DNA of 64,000 nucleotides from Nymphaea colorata (taxonomy: Eukaryota): positions 6,014,001 to 6,078,000 of the forward strand of contig NC_045138.2 in the NCBI RefSeq assembly GCF_008831285.2, given 5' to 3'. Under the pieces are notes generated by a model, which made no database searches, was not told the origin of the DNA, and saw only the letters and a list, made by a program, of their open reading frames with translations. Positions 11,150 through 23,515 of the stretch are shown in pieces (positions within the stretch are counted from its first letter, which is position 1; each line of letters opens with the position of its first letter). The position numbers were made by a program, and so were the translations under genes.

Positions 11150-13920
11150 TGAAGTAGGTAGGCTGGAACACATTGATCAGAAACTTACTACTTGATTAAA
11201 AATGTGCCTTATGAGAGCTGCTTTTCATGAATAAGACAACATTTGACTCTTCCAATTTGCAAGCTTTCTTGTAACTTTAGTTTTCAGATGTTTGCAATGT
11301 TCAACACTCATCTTTTCTATGAACAATGGGAGTCCTAAATAAGTAATAGGCAAGCTAGTGCATCTCCTCCATCCCATTAGCTCAGCAATTTCAGCACATT
11401 CAAAATCTGAAATGTGCACCGGAATGAAGCATGACTTCTGGGCATTGACACTTAGGCTTGCTTTGGATTCAGGCTCTCTATGGACAATCAAGCATTCAAG
11501 CGCGAATGATTCTAATTAGAACTTTAGGAACTTCCTTTCAACTTTGTCATATGGTTTAGATGGGTCCAACTATTTTTCCTTTATGGCTCGCAATGATGTT
11601 AACTAATTCATGCACTAATATATGATCTTGAATTACTCTTTCTAGAAAAAGATCTCCGTGATTGCTACCCCATTATCCTGGTTAGTCATTTTCTTTCCAC
11701 CGACATTACTTTGGGTATAATTTATGCTCGCAATTAGGCAATGCAATAGGTTTAATATCCTCCATATTAGGGTGGTCTATACAACTTGAAGAAAAGAGTA
11801 ACTTTAGCAACTAGTTATCCATATAGCCCTCTGCAACATCATTTCTAGTTATAAGCCAGTACTTTTTTTATAAAAGTCTGCCCCATACCCGTCAAGGCCT
11901 GAAGCTTTCCTAGGGCTGCACTATGAGTCGAGCCAGCTCAAGCTCAACTCAAACTCGCTTGCCTAAACTCTACTCGTTTGTAAATGAGTCGTGTTCAAGT
12001 TCAAGTGTATACTCAAAATGTTAAACGAGTCAAGTTTGAACTGTAAGAACTCCAGTCGGCTCAACTACATAATAAATGTTGAACTATAATGAAACGAGTT
12101 AATCGAGTTAAACGAGTTAATGAGTTAAAAAATTGAGACATGCTGAACATAAATGAGTTAAACGTGCGGAGTTCGAGCTTGATGTTGTATTGTCGAGCTG
12201 AGCTCAAGCTTGTTTTATCGAGCTCGACTCGAGTTCGAGCTCAAGTTTTCTGAGTCAAGTCGAGTTTGAGCTGGCCTAACTCGAGCTCGACTCGGCTTGT
12301 GTGCAGCCTTATTTTCGACTAGCCATATTAATGGCTGCTATCTGCACCTCCTCAACTGTCACTGGACCTTTTAACATTTCACTTTTTTCAATAGTGACCT
12401 TGGGGCAGTCAATTAAATTCCCTTCCCAGCTAAAATCACGTTGGTTTTCCAGCAAAGAACTCCATGAAATAATACATGCAGTAGTCTTGAATTTGCTTTG
12501 GGTCTTCATACTTGACATCATTTATCTCCAAGATTGAGATCCTCTTTTTCTGGAATTGGTTTTTCACATGATTGTGGAAGAATGAGGTACTTCTGTCACC
12601 ATCCAGCAGACATCTAGCGATTCTAGCCCTTGATCTTTGTTTCCAAAGCATCTCTCCTCTCTACCTTACCTGCATTCATACTCTATGTCATAAGTCAAAC
12701 CATTTGTGAAACTCGCCTGGATTTTTCATTCTTCTTCTTGACTGCTGCAACTCTCTGCGGCATCTTCCCATACACATTGGCATTCCACCATGACAAAGCC
12801 CTCCCCAGGTTTTGTGCTTCTTCAAAAGTCTAGTCATATAATACCCGTAATAAAAATGGCCCAACTTCCTTTGACAAAATTTTCGCATTCTCCGGCTGTC
12901 CAGCACTTTGGAAATGGTTCGCAGATTCATTAATGGATCTACAGACCGTGCAGTGATCGGAGATAGTTTTGAGGAAAATTCTCATAGTGAAATTTAGCGT
13001 AGTAACCTAACCTGTCACCAAATAGATTCACTAGAGCCTGATGAATTATACATTGAACATTTTCAGTACCCTTGTTATTACACCCTGCATGCAACAATTC
13101 AGGTCATTAATGATGATGAATCTTCCTTTAAATGCAAAATTTGTAACATTAGCACCGAGAAGCAAGATTTGGGCCTCTCCTAGTCTTATCATTTTGGCCC
13201 TTCGTGGCATTAAAGTCCCATACAAAGGCACAAAGCATACTCAAGGACTTCGCCATACATCCCCCACATCGAGCAGAGGCAGAGCTTCTTTTTTTTTTTT
13301 TTCTCCCTTTTCACTGCTGCCAAGTGATACTTTTTGTAAATTTTGTATAATAAATTTTTTATTTTTGTAAAACTTAGGGGGGGCATGCCCCCCTTTTGGC
13401 ACCACCCCTGATTTAGAGATAGCCTTCTAATCAGTCTATTATAGTCCTGATAGACCACAAAGACTGGAAAGACAAAGCCAGACCTTTCTCCGCACATTCC
13501 GCACTTATTGCAAAACTCCTTAACAGCAATGGACTTCTCCTTCAGTGGGTTCAATTCAAATATAACAGCAAGAGCATACCCTCTATATATTTTCGTCCAT
13601 AGCTCAAATTTGATTTATTTATCATGGGTCCAATACAAAAAAAAAAAAGTCTCAGGAAATGAATCGTTAAGTAACTCGGTCCACACATCACATTAATGGC
13701 CCAAAATCAAATATTGTATCTTAAAGAGAGTCGCTATCTTGGGAAAGTGTTTTGTATCATGCATAAAATAAAGGTCTTCCAAAACTTTGATTTCACTCTC
13801 CCACTCTCCTCGAGTTTCCCTCCATTCTGTGCAACGAGGAAGACCAATGTTGTTAAGACCGATGGATTCAAACTCGTTCCAATTTCATACATAGTCGGAT
13901 ATTCAATGGGAGTCACACGT
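11150..13920 (-). mobile_element. Decayed L1-type LINE retrotransposon (ORF1 and ORF2 fragments)
   Basis: Fragments in the expected order on -: ORF1 zinc-knuckle-like FCNKCGMCG (~13510), endonuclease-like FIIINDLNC (~13110), LWKQRSR...DGDRSTSFFH (~12600), KASGLDGYG (~11890), RT C-terminal LPITYLGLPL...KLANWKSQMLSY (~11230-11360). Many stops and frameshifts. Confidence 0.85.
11911..12311. mobile_element. MITE (TAGGGCTGCA termini, GAGCTCGA-rich) inserted in the LINE
   Basis: TAGGGCTGCAC...GTGCAGCCTTA inverted termini; splits the LINE peptide MASR/KASGLDG. Related partial copies at ~10817-10990 and ~58760-58860. Confidence 0.75.
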
Positions 13921-15516
13921 CGTTCTTTATTTTTGTTTCTTTTTTTAATGTTAAAGCTTTTTATTTGTTTATGCTCAGACTTTTAGTTTTAGTTCAATCC
14001 AGAAACGATTCTGATTAGATTCAACCGATAGTCTGAATCGTTTTGTTGATAGACTCAATTTAAGAATTAACAAGGTTGAGGGAGACTGCCTTTACACCCT
14101 GTTTGTATGGAAAGAAAGGGAGGGAAAGGGAAAGATTAAAAAATCAATCCTTTGTTTGGTTAACTAACTAAAAACAAAGGAAAAGAAAGGAAACTAAAAA
14201 AATTTGTTTGGTTGCAACTAAAAGAAAGGGAGAGAAGAAAAGGAAAAGTCTATCCCTTTCCACCACATGTATCATTGACCTTGCGTGGCTCTTTATCTCC
14301 CTTCATGTCACTGATTAAAATTCCAATGGGTGCCAAGACTATACCAACCATCACCGAAGTCACCATCGCTGCCGTTGGATAATGGGTTGCCACTACTCAT
14401 TGTGTTTCCTCTACACCTCTAGAATTGAATGTTAAAAGTATTATTATAAAGTAATATAAATTTTATCATTTCTTTTCTTTTTTATCCAAACAAACTTTAT
14501 AATCAACTCTTTTCTTTCCTTTCTCTTTCTTTTCCCTTTCTTTTCTTTCCTCTCTATTTACACCCATTGCTAGTGAAACTAAGCTTCTCAATAGTCAATA
14601 GTGCTTCTTTCTCATTTCTTTTCTTTCCTCTCTATTTACACTCATTGCTATTGAAACTCAACAGTACTTCATTCTCATTTCTTTCCCCTTCCTTTCTTTT
14701 CTTTCCTCTCTATTTACACCCATTGCTAGCGAAACTCAGCTTCCCAAAAGTCGATAGTGCTTTGGTACATCTTTTGTTTTACATATGATTTTTTTTTTTC
14801 CCGCAGGCAAATACGGAAAATCTTTGCCAAACTGGTACGACCTTAGAGTTGAAGAATGTCAACACTTTGATACCCGGACCTAGAGTGCGTCTACATTGGC
14901 CTCATCTGATAAGCATCTCCCTAACCTTAACTGAGCCTCTTCTTACTCATTAAAGTTAAAAGATAAAAAATTTTGTTAATTGAAATAAAAAAAAAACCAT
15001 GTCTTCTATCTTCAAAAATTGGTAGGTCTCTGCCCCACCCCCAAACAACCCAGCTTACTCACTAGAAATGAAAACAAAAAACAGTTTGTTCTTATTAATT
15101 AAAATAAAAGAGCCATCTCATCTACGAAAAGCCTGAGGAGGTGACAAGAAGCACCATATCAGTAGATTCATCTTTTTCTCAATCATGTAGAACCATGCTA
15201 CCTATTGCTGCATGAGTGGCCAGGGAAGGCAAAAGAAGTCGCTTAAATCCTCATCAATGATATGCCATTTTGACAGATTAATAGAGCCAAAACAAAATTT
15301 CCAGGCCATAACAAGGAAAACAAAATAATATGCTATTGCACTGTCCACTACATGCAATCAACCCACAGTTCCAAGACTCATAAGGGAGAGAAAATTTGAA
15401 AAGGGCCATGGGTAATACACATATGGATTATAGACGCATAGATAAAGAGAGGAGTCAAACAGACATGAACAAAGCGAAGGCGGCATATTTCTAATAGCAG
15501 CAACATTCACGTCCCC

Positions 15517-16168
15517 TTATACTCGAACTCGCTTTACATCACTCCCTGGGACACTGGCATCACTGCTTGTGCTCTTAGATTCCATCAACGATGTTCCTGT
15601 CTGCTGCAAAGGTGCAAACAATGTCGTCACTAATTAAGCATAAGAAATATTATTAGCCTCTACGACTGGGAGGAAGGGCACCAATTCCATGTGGTATTCA
15701 CAACGTCATCAGCTGCCCGGAGGTGGCTGAAAATATTCTTGACAATGCGTAGACCCAACAAAGGAAAAATTCCATTAAAGCAGCCAAAAATAAGGTTACA
15801 ACTCACAAGATGCTTGGAACTATTTGAAACGTACTTGGCAAACCCAGCAAGTTGACTCGGGAATCACTCGAGTCAACCAGATCACCAAAGGACTGGGCCA
15901 TGAGTGAAATACTATCCCAAATGCAACGGATTCTTAGAAAACTCATTTTTGGATCAGCTGAATGGGCTCAAATCATCCCATTCTTAAGCCTGGGCATCGG
16001 GTCGAGTTCTCGACAGGTACACAGTGCCCAACCCGACTGGAGCCTGTGCTTGGGCCCAAAAAAAAAAAAGGGCACCAGTCCGGCTTGAGTAGGCCCGACT
16101 AACCTCGGTTCGGCCCGATAAGATTTTTTGAATATTATTTTTATTGATTTTTATATATTATTTTATAT

Positions 16169-16254
<86 letters not shown>

Positions 16255-19200
16255 AACCAAGCCGAGCCAGACTAGGTCCAGGCTCGGGTTTCGGATGTTG
16301 GAACGCCCGATGCCCGGGCCTACCCATTCCATACTGATTCATTCAGCACTGGTCCTAACTAACACCCCATGTCACTAAGAAATAAGTTATAGTTGTTTAT
16401 GGGAAATAAAGTAATTTAGTGCATGTTTATTAGTTATTATTTTGTAGTTGCATTCATTTATTATATCTACTTGATAGTTGCTATTTTATAGGTATGTTCA
16501 ACTTTTTTATCATTTTGCAATAAAAGTATACTAAAAAATTTGGACCTGACCCAAATGAGCAGCCAAGCCAACTCATTGACCCGTGACCAAGTAGTCAGCG
16601 GATCTGAGTCCGACTAACGAGTTTGCAAACTACCATTGGGAACAGAGTCAAACCAGGTAATTTCAAAATCGGGCAAAATGAAGAAAAAAGCACAAATTAC
16701 TATACAGGAATCAGAAAGGACAGAAAAGCGAACACTTGTTTCAGAGCCATTCAGCATACATTATCATCAGGGACAACTGCATATCGATCCGTTGGTGACA
16801 CCAAAGATTTGCCTGAAACATGCATTTGTCAGCTAGAAACTTCAGCATTTATGGTAACTACAAGGCAGCTTCCGAGAACTGAATATAATCATACCTGATA
16901 AAGGATCAGTCCTTGAATAGTCCATCTGCTCACAACCAGATCCATCTACACTCAACACTTCAATGACCTTGGGAAGATTTCTACAAGGAATGCATGATGT
17001 GAGATATATGTTCAACAAGTCAAAACCGCACGAGATTCGGAGATACAATTGCCAGACAGGACAGTAATGGAACCGTCATTGGATTTTTATTCAGTTTTTG
17101 GTATATGACCAATTTATCAACGAGCATATGTGGTTGACCTATTTCTTTTGTTTCATGCCATACATATTTAAATTTCAAAATATAGTGGAGACTTAGAACT
17201 TCGTCTTGCAATACTAAAAGAAGGGAGAACTTCAATAATGAAACGACAAAAGGAACACAATATTAATAGTTTCCTAGTTACATCATACTAAATTTTAATG
17301 ACAACCACATGTGAATTATGCTTGAACTTGCCCAATACATGTTCCCTTTCTTCTCGAAAACCAGAACTACATGCGTACATCCATTAACTCAGACAAAAGA
17401 AGGTATAGAAGCAAGATACACATACTGTTCATAAAACTTTGCAGGTGCATCATTGTAAATTTGTAATCTTGAAAGTCTTAAAGGATGAGCCTTGGAGGAT
17501 CAGGTGGGTAGCTTCTGGCCATTCTAGTCCAACCTAGATCATTGGGGCTCGGTGTTTGTTTTGACTCGAAAATATAGGATTGAAATCTTACAGATAATTA
17601 TGTGGAAGTCAATTTTACGATTATCAACAAGCTTGTATTTGTTTTAGAGTCTCTCTCTTTTGACATACTTTGATTTTATTTGAGATCACTTATAGTAGAA
17701 TACTCTTAAGGGTATATCCATCCCTAACAGGTTCAATAAGTTACCTGTGATCAAGCTGATTTCACAATTATCATTAAGCTTGTATTTGTTTGAAGTCTCC
17801 TCGCTTTTGACAAAACTTAATTTATTTGAGATGATCTATAGAAGGACACTCTTAAATCTTAATGGTATATCCATTCCCAACAGGTTAAATAAATTAGCTG
17901 AGATCTTTGTGATAGAAATGTCCAGGTCTTGCAAAGAAGTTGATTTACATGTTCTCCACATAAAAACTCCAATTCTAAAACATGTTCTAAAGAAGGGAAG
18001 GTTTTATACCTGTCTGAAAAACAAAAAAAATCCCTACAGCTTTTAAAGGTGGACCAAATGTCAAATAATAAACCTTCATGTTGTAATAGTAAATTAACTT
18101 TGCTGCTTCTTCAGTATCATAGCTGAAAGAAATACCTAGAGTCTTGGTCATATAAGAGTTTGTAAACAGAGTAACAGACTACTTGAACAGTAAACAACCT
18201 AAACTGTCCCGAACGATAGGCCGATGAAACCCCTCCTGTATTACATAGTTATCTAATACTATGTATCAATAACCAGCAGATTATTACCTACCCATCAACA
18301 CTGGCCTGACAGACCCATTAAACTAGCCATTTATGAGAGCAGACATGGGCCGCCAACAACAGGCAGATCATATACAGTTTCAAGCTAATTGCAGTTACCT
18401 ATCAATGGAGTCACCATGTCCTAGTTGACCACATGTGCCCCTACCCCAGGAGAACACATTTCCTTTGTCTGTAATTGCTAAGGTGTGCCTCCATCCACAG
18501 GAAACCTGGACTACCTTCTGCTGACAGGCAACAAAGAGATGGAACCAGTGAGGCACCAAAATAAACCCACCTTCGATGTGAAAGAATAAGAAATCTACCT
18601 GTTCAGATGGAAATTTAACTTCCTGTGGAGAACAATGATCAATGAAGTCACCAACACCAACCTGCCCGAACTGTAAAAAAGGAATACGGCATGAGACTTT
18701 GAACTCTTCAAATAACAATGCACCATGAAATACTAGCCAACACCTATTTGACTAAGATGACTACCGTGCAAGATAGAATAAGCACCACAAAGTATAAAAT
18801 AAATCATGTTATACCAAATAAAATTAAGCATAATGAATTACTAAGGGAAAACCACTAAATCTGGCTCCATGGAGGCCAAAGTTCATCCATAGCTATGCCA
18901 AAATAATGATTATCCAATTCAATGCAGATTTCTTATGGATCTCAACCAGGTAAATGTCAACTGAATGAGATCAGGGCCCAGGCTTCGAGATAAGGAACAA
19001 CCTGTGAAGATATGCAGGTTTCAGCTTCATCTGTGTTCATCTTCATTATACAGCATGGCAAAATGAAGCATGTGGAACTAGACCAAATATTTCATTGAGG
19101 TAGATAGTTAGGGAAGGTAAAGGGCCAGATTTGTTCTAAAAAAATTCTTTATAAGTAGACACTAATTTCTCAAGGCAAATGACTTATGGTATATGCTTAC

Positions 19201-20058
19201 CAAGATTTAGATGTTGGTCATGGGTAAGAAGTATAGCACATATTTTTCAGTCTATCTCTTCTCTTAAGGGTAAACATCATTTTATTTGATTATCACATGG
19301 ATCCACATCTTAATGTGCATGCAGAAGGAATTCTCGCACAGTTGCATTTCTTCAGTACATAATGTTGATGCATACAATCTCTTTCCTAAGATTGGACCTT
19401 TCTTGGGTGACAAACTTCTTCTTTCCTCTCTAGTTTTTATTGCAGGCATAATCTTCTAGAATAGTACATCGGTGCAAGAATTTACCACTCAGAGAAATGG
19501 ACTAAGAGCAAAACACAAAAGGAACAACAAGAAGAAAGCTTGCCTTATTCCATCCCCAGCCATAAAGCCTTCCATCAGATGTTAAAGCCATGGTATGTCG
19601 CCAGCCACCAGATATCTGCTCAAGAGAAAAGCAAAAGAATAACTATTAAAGAAAATGTATCCATTGCAAATGCAACAACCAGAAAACATGCTTATGATAT
19701 TTATAATTTTATATATTTACAAAAGCATAACTATGACTAATTAGGTAATCTTATGTTGCTTAACCATGGGCTAACCATAATATACACATTCGAGATAGGG
19801 AAGGCGCCTGTTGAGAATCTTGATAAGTAGTTACTTAATCAAGCATGGAAATGCAATTTCTGAATAACTACACATATTTTTGTAAAAGCTATATTTTTGT
19901 GTGGGGGGTTCTTATGTAAGACTTGTGGATTTCTCTGTCCTCCCACAGCACACTAAGTCACTAACAAAGCATTGCATCGGGCAATGTGTTTAATTACACC
20001 TGCCCAATGCAATATTGGACGGATCTTCGGATGGCTGGAGGATTTCAGCTCCTCCTAA

Positions 20059-20132
<74 letters not shown>

Positions 20133-20946
20133 CTTTTTAGAATGTTATCCTAGATGAAGCTTCACATCATCCTAGTGTAAGACCAATCTCCATTCCAGTG
20201 ACCAGCGCTTTACCACTAAGTCGCACGGGTGCTTTCAAATGCACCCAAAACCCGTGTTGACATGACACAGATGCGGGTGGGGACACGGGTGTGGCTTCGA
20301 CACGCACCCAAGCCGCGCCTGAAATTTTCTCTTTTTTTTCTTTTTTTTTTAAAAATTTTTTCTCAACCTTTTTCTCCTTTTCTTCCCCACTTTTTCATTT
20401 CCCTCATATTTTTCCCTCCTCTCTGATTCTTTTTCAAACTTTCAGCTTTCTCCCTCTCTTTTTAAAACAGAAGGCAGTCAAAGGTGCAGTAATCGTCCTT
20501 GTTAAAGGACAACCAGTCTGCTGTTCTTTAACAAGGACCATTGACTATGTATATTTAAAAGAAAAACTTTATTTTATTTCTCTCTCTTTCTTTCTTTTTC
20601 AAGCTTCCAACTTTTTTATTTAAAAAGGAAGGCAGCAAAAGAATGAACAGTCTGCTGTCCTTCAACCAGGCTGCTTACATTATATATATATATATATATA
20701 TAATTCAATTTAAAATTTTAAAAATTAACTGCCCTTAAAATGTCTGTCCTTCAAAAATGACGGCCAGACTGTTTATGTTTTAAAAGACATTTATTTTATT
20801 TAATTTAAAATTTTAAAAATAAAATAACATTCTATTTTCATGCACCCAATACTTACATTCAATTTAAAATGCACTCAACAAGCAAAATGACCTTTGAAAA
20901 AAACTTAAATTTCAGTTAAAAAAATATAAGCATACAGCATTATGTA

Positions 20947-21003
<57 letters not shown>

Positions 21004-23484
21004 TTGCACCCCCACACCCGAACACCTGCGCCCGCACCTATGTGACATAGCTCTACTTCTAAATAAACACAAGGCATCACATCTGTTGGTAAAAGAGAAA
21101 CCGAAAGAAAAGGCTTCTTGATAAGCACAAGACTCCAACATTCTGGCATTTAAATTAAAAGGAAACAAATGAAGAATTAAATTGTTTTGGGTACCAGATA
21201 ACCATGTATCTGATGTTTAGCTAAACATTCAGTCAAAGCCCAAAGTTCAACAGACATTGACAAATTACTTTGAGGTGGATACGAAACCTTCAGAAACAAG
21301 GATTAAAAGGTTATGGCCATGTAGCAAGATACGATCACACTAGGAAATAAATAAAAATCCTAAACTCACTAAGCAAAATAAACAAGTTAACAAGAGTAAG
21401 GAACAGCTTCCTCCCTTCCACACTCTAATCACATTATACATGTAAGATCATCACATAAAGGATAATCTTCTACAAAAAAAAAAGCAAGAAAAAATTAATA
21501 AACATTTAGAATCCCGATGCAATTAATCAGGGTCATAAAATTAGGCAATTAAAAACCTAGACTACAAGAATTATCAAAACAAATTGTCACCATAAATGTA
21601 CGTACAGTAGAATAACTTAATAAACTAAACTTTACTAACTAACACTTAAAGACTGCAATGTCAGAAGATTTTTCAGATCAGTAGCAAGAAATATTATGAA
21701 TACTTTCTTTCTTGAACAGAGATGCTCCATGACCTAACAAATTTGCTAGAAATTCTCCTAGGCTTAATTGATGCCTTTTAATGTGGAAAACAAGACAACA
21801 TGAAACTGTATAAAAACATGATCCTTTTAACAACTGAACACTTCTGCCAAACTAATTTCCAATTAGATAGGCTGATTCATTATATCATGCTAAACCCTAA
21901 TAAGCATGCCCATGCTAATATTTAGCCATTTCCCAAGTCGTAGAAAATGGTGCACCTGATGGCTTAAGGATATAAATTAACCATCTTTGGAGCAAAATAA
22001 AGAACATGTAAACTGCCAATTCTTGGTATACATGAATGAAACAGCACAAATTAATTGACCTGAGAAATGCAATCATTACTGAGGGCTTCCAATAAATGAG
22101 GAACAAGGTGATCCTCATAATCACCATGTCCTAGCTGACCATATTTGCTCCACCCATAGGTATACAATCTCCCAGAAGAAGAAACTGAGATTGTGTGGCG
22201 CCACCCACAGGCAACTAGTGCCATCTTTTGTCCCTGGGAAAGCAGGGGAAAAAAGTCAGAAACAGTAAAGAACACAGCTGGATAAAAACCTGTATTTGCA
22301 ACTCAACAAATTCATGTGTGAAAATGATCGTTTACTTGGGAACCACCACATCCTCAAGCAATCTTGGTATTCTGAGCAATTTGCAGTTCTAGTGAACTTT
22401 TAAGTTTTAACCAATTATACAATACAACACACCCAGAATGTCATCGAAACAAAAGGGGGAAAAGAAGAAGACATACATCTGTAGCATCAACTCTTTGAGG
22501 AACAAGGCGATCATTCCTGTCACCTAATCCCAAATTCCCATATCGACCCCACCCCCATCCATAGAGCTCCCCATCATCGGTCACAGCAGCTGTATGCTCT
22601 GCACCAGCGGCAACCATTTTCACAGATATTCCCTACAGCATGCACAAAAATTATGAAATAACTGAATTTCATATGGAAACATAAGGGATGTACTTGAAGC
22701 AAACAAAGCTTTTTCTTTTTTCTAATACGAAAAAGAATCATTAACTAAGCTCATCTAGAATTCAATTCATTAGTTACACGTGCAATAATGCAGTGAATGT
22801 TCTCACAAGGAGCCCTAGCTACAATATGTATTGGCAATCAAAATAACCTCACCCAATTGCCCAAAGATTTGACAAAGACGAAAGGTATTAGGAACTCCAC
22901 CATCCAACACAGCAAGAATCAACTTAAGTACCATATCAGTGGAGAAGGATGTGGAAGTCTAAGAGCATGTTATTAATGATTTTGTAGAATTGCACCATAC
23001 TAAAGAGACAAACTTCATGTGACAATAACATAAAACAAGAGTAACAGTTTTTTTAGACAGCAATTTAATTTGTCCTGATCTACCTCGAAAGCTTGGATTT
23101 TCTGTGGAATAAGTGAGTCCTCCGTGTTGCCAAGCCCAAGCTGCCCATTTTGATTACGCCCCCAACTGAAAAAATAATGTCAGAATTACAACCTGATTCA
23201 ATGACAGCAGTAACGGACAAGATGGTATACCTTATATACTTCCTTAGTACCTATGTGACAAGGGTACGAGAGATTTGCCCAGGTACCCGTGTCGGTACAT
23301 GGGTAAGGGGACACAGGTACGTGGGTATGGCTGGATATGCCTGCATTTTAAAACATTTAAAATTATATTTTCAAACTTAATTTTTTCTTTAATTTTGATT
23401 TTTCCCTTCCTATATATTTCCCTTCTGCTAAGATTCTAAATTTCCTCCCATGTTTGTTTAATTTTGAGAATTTTTGTGGATTAC

Positions 23485-23515
<31 letters not shown>

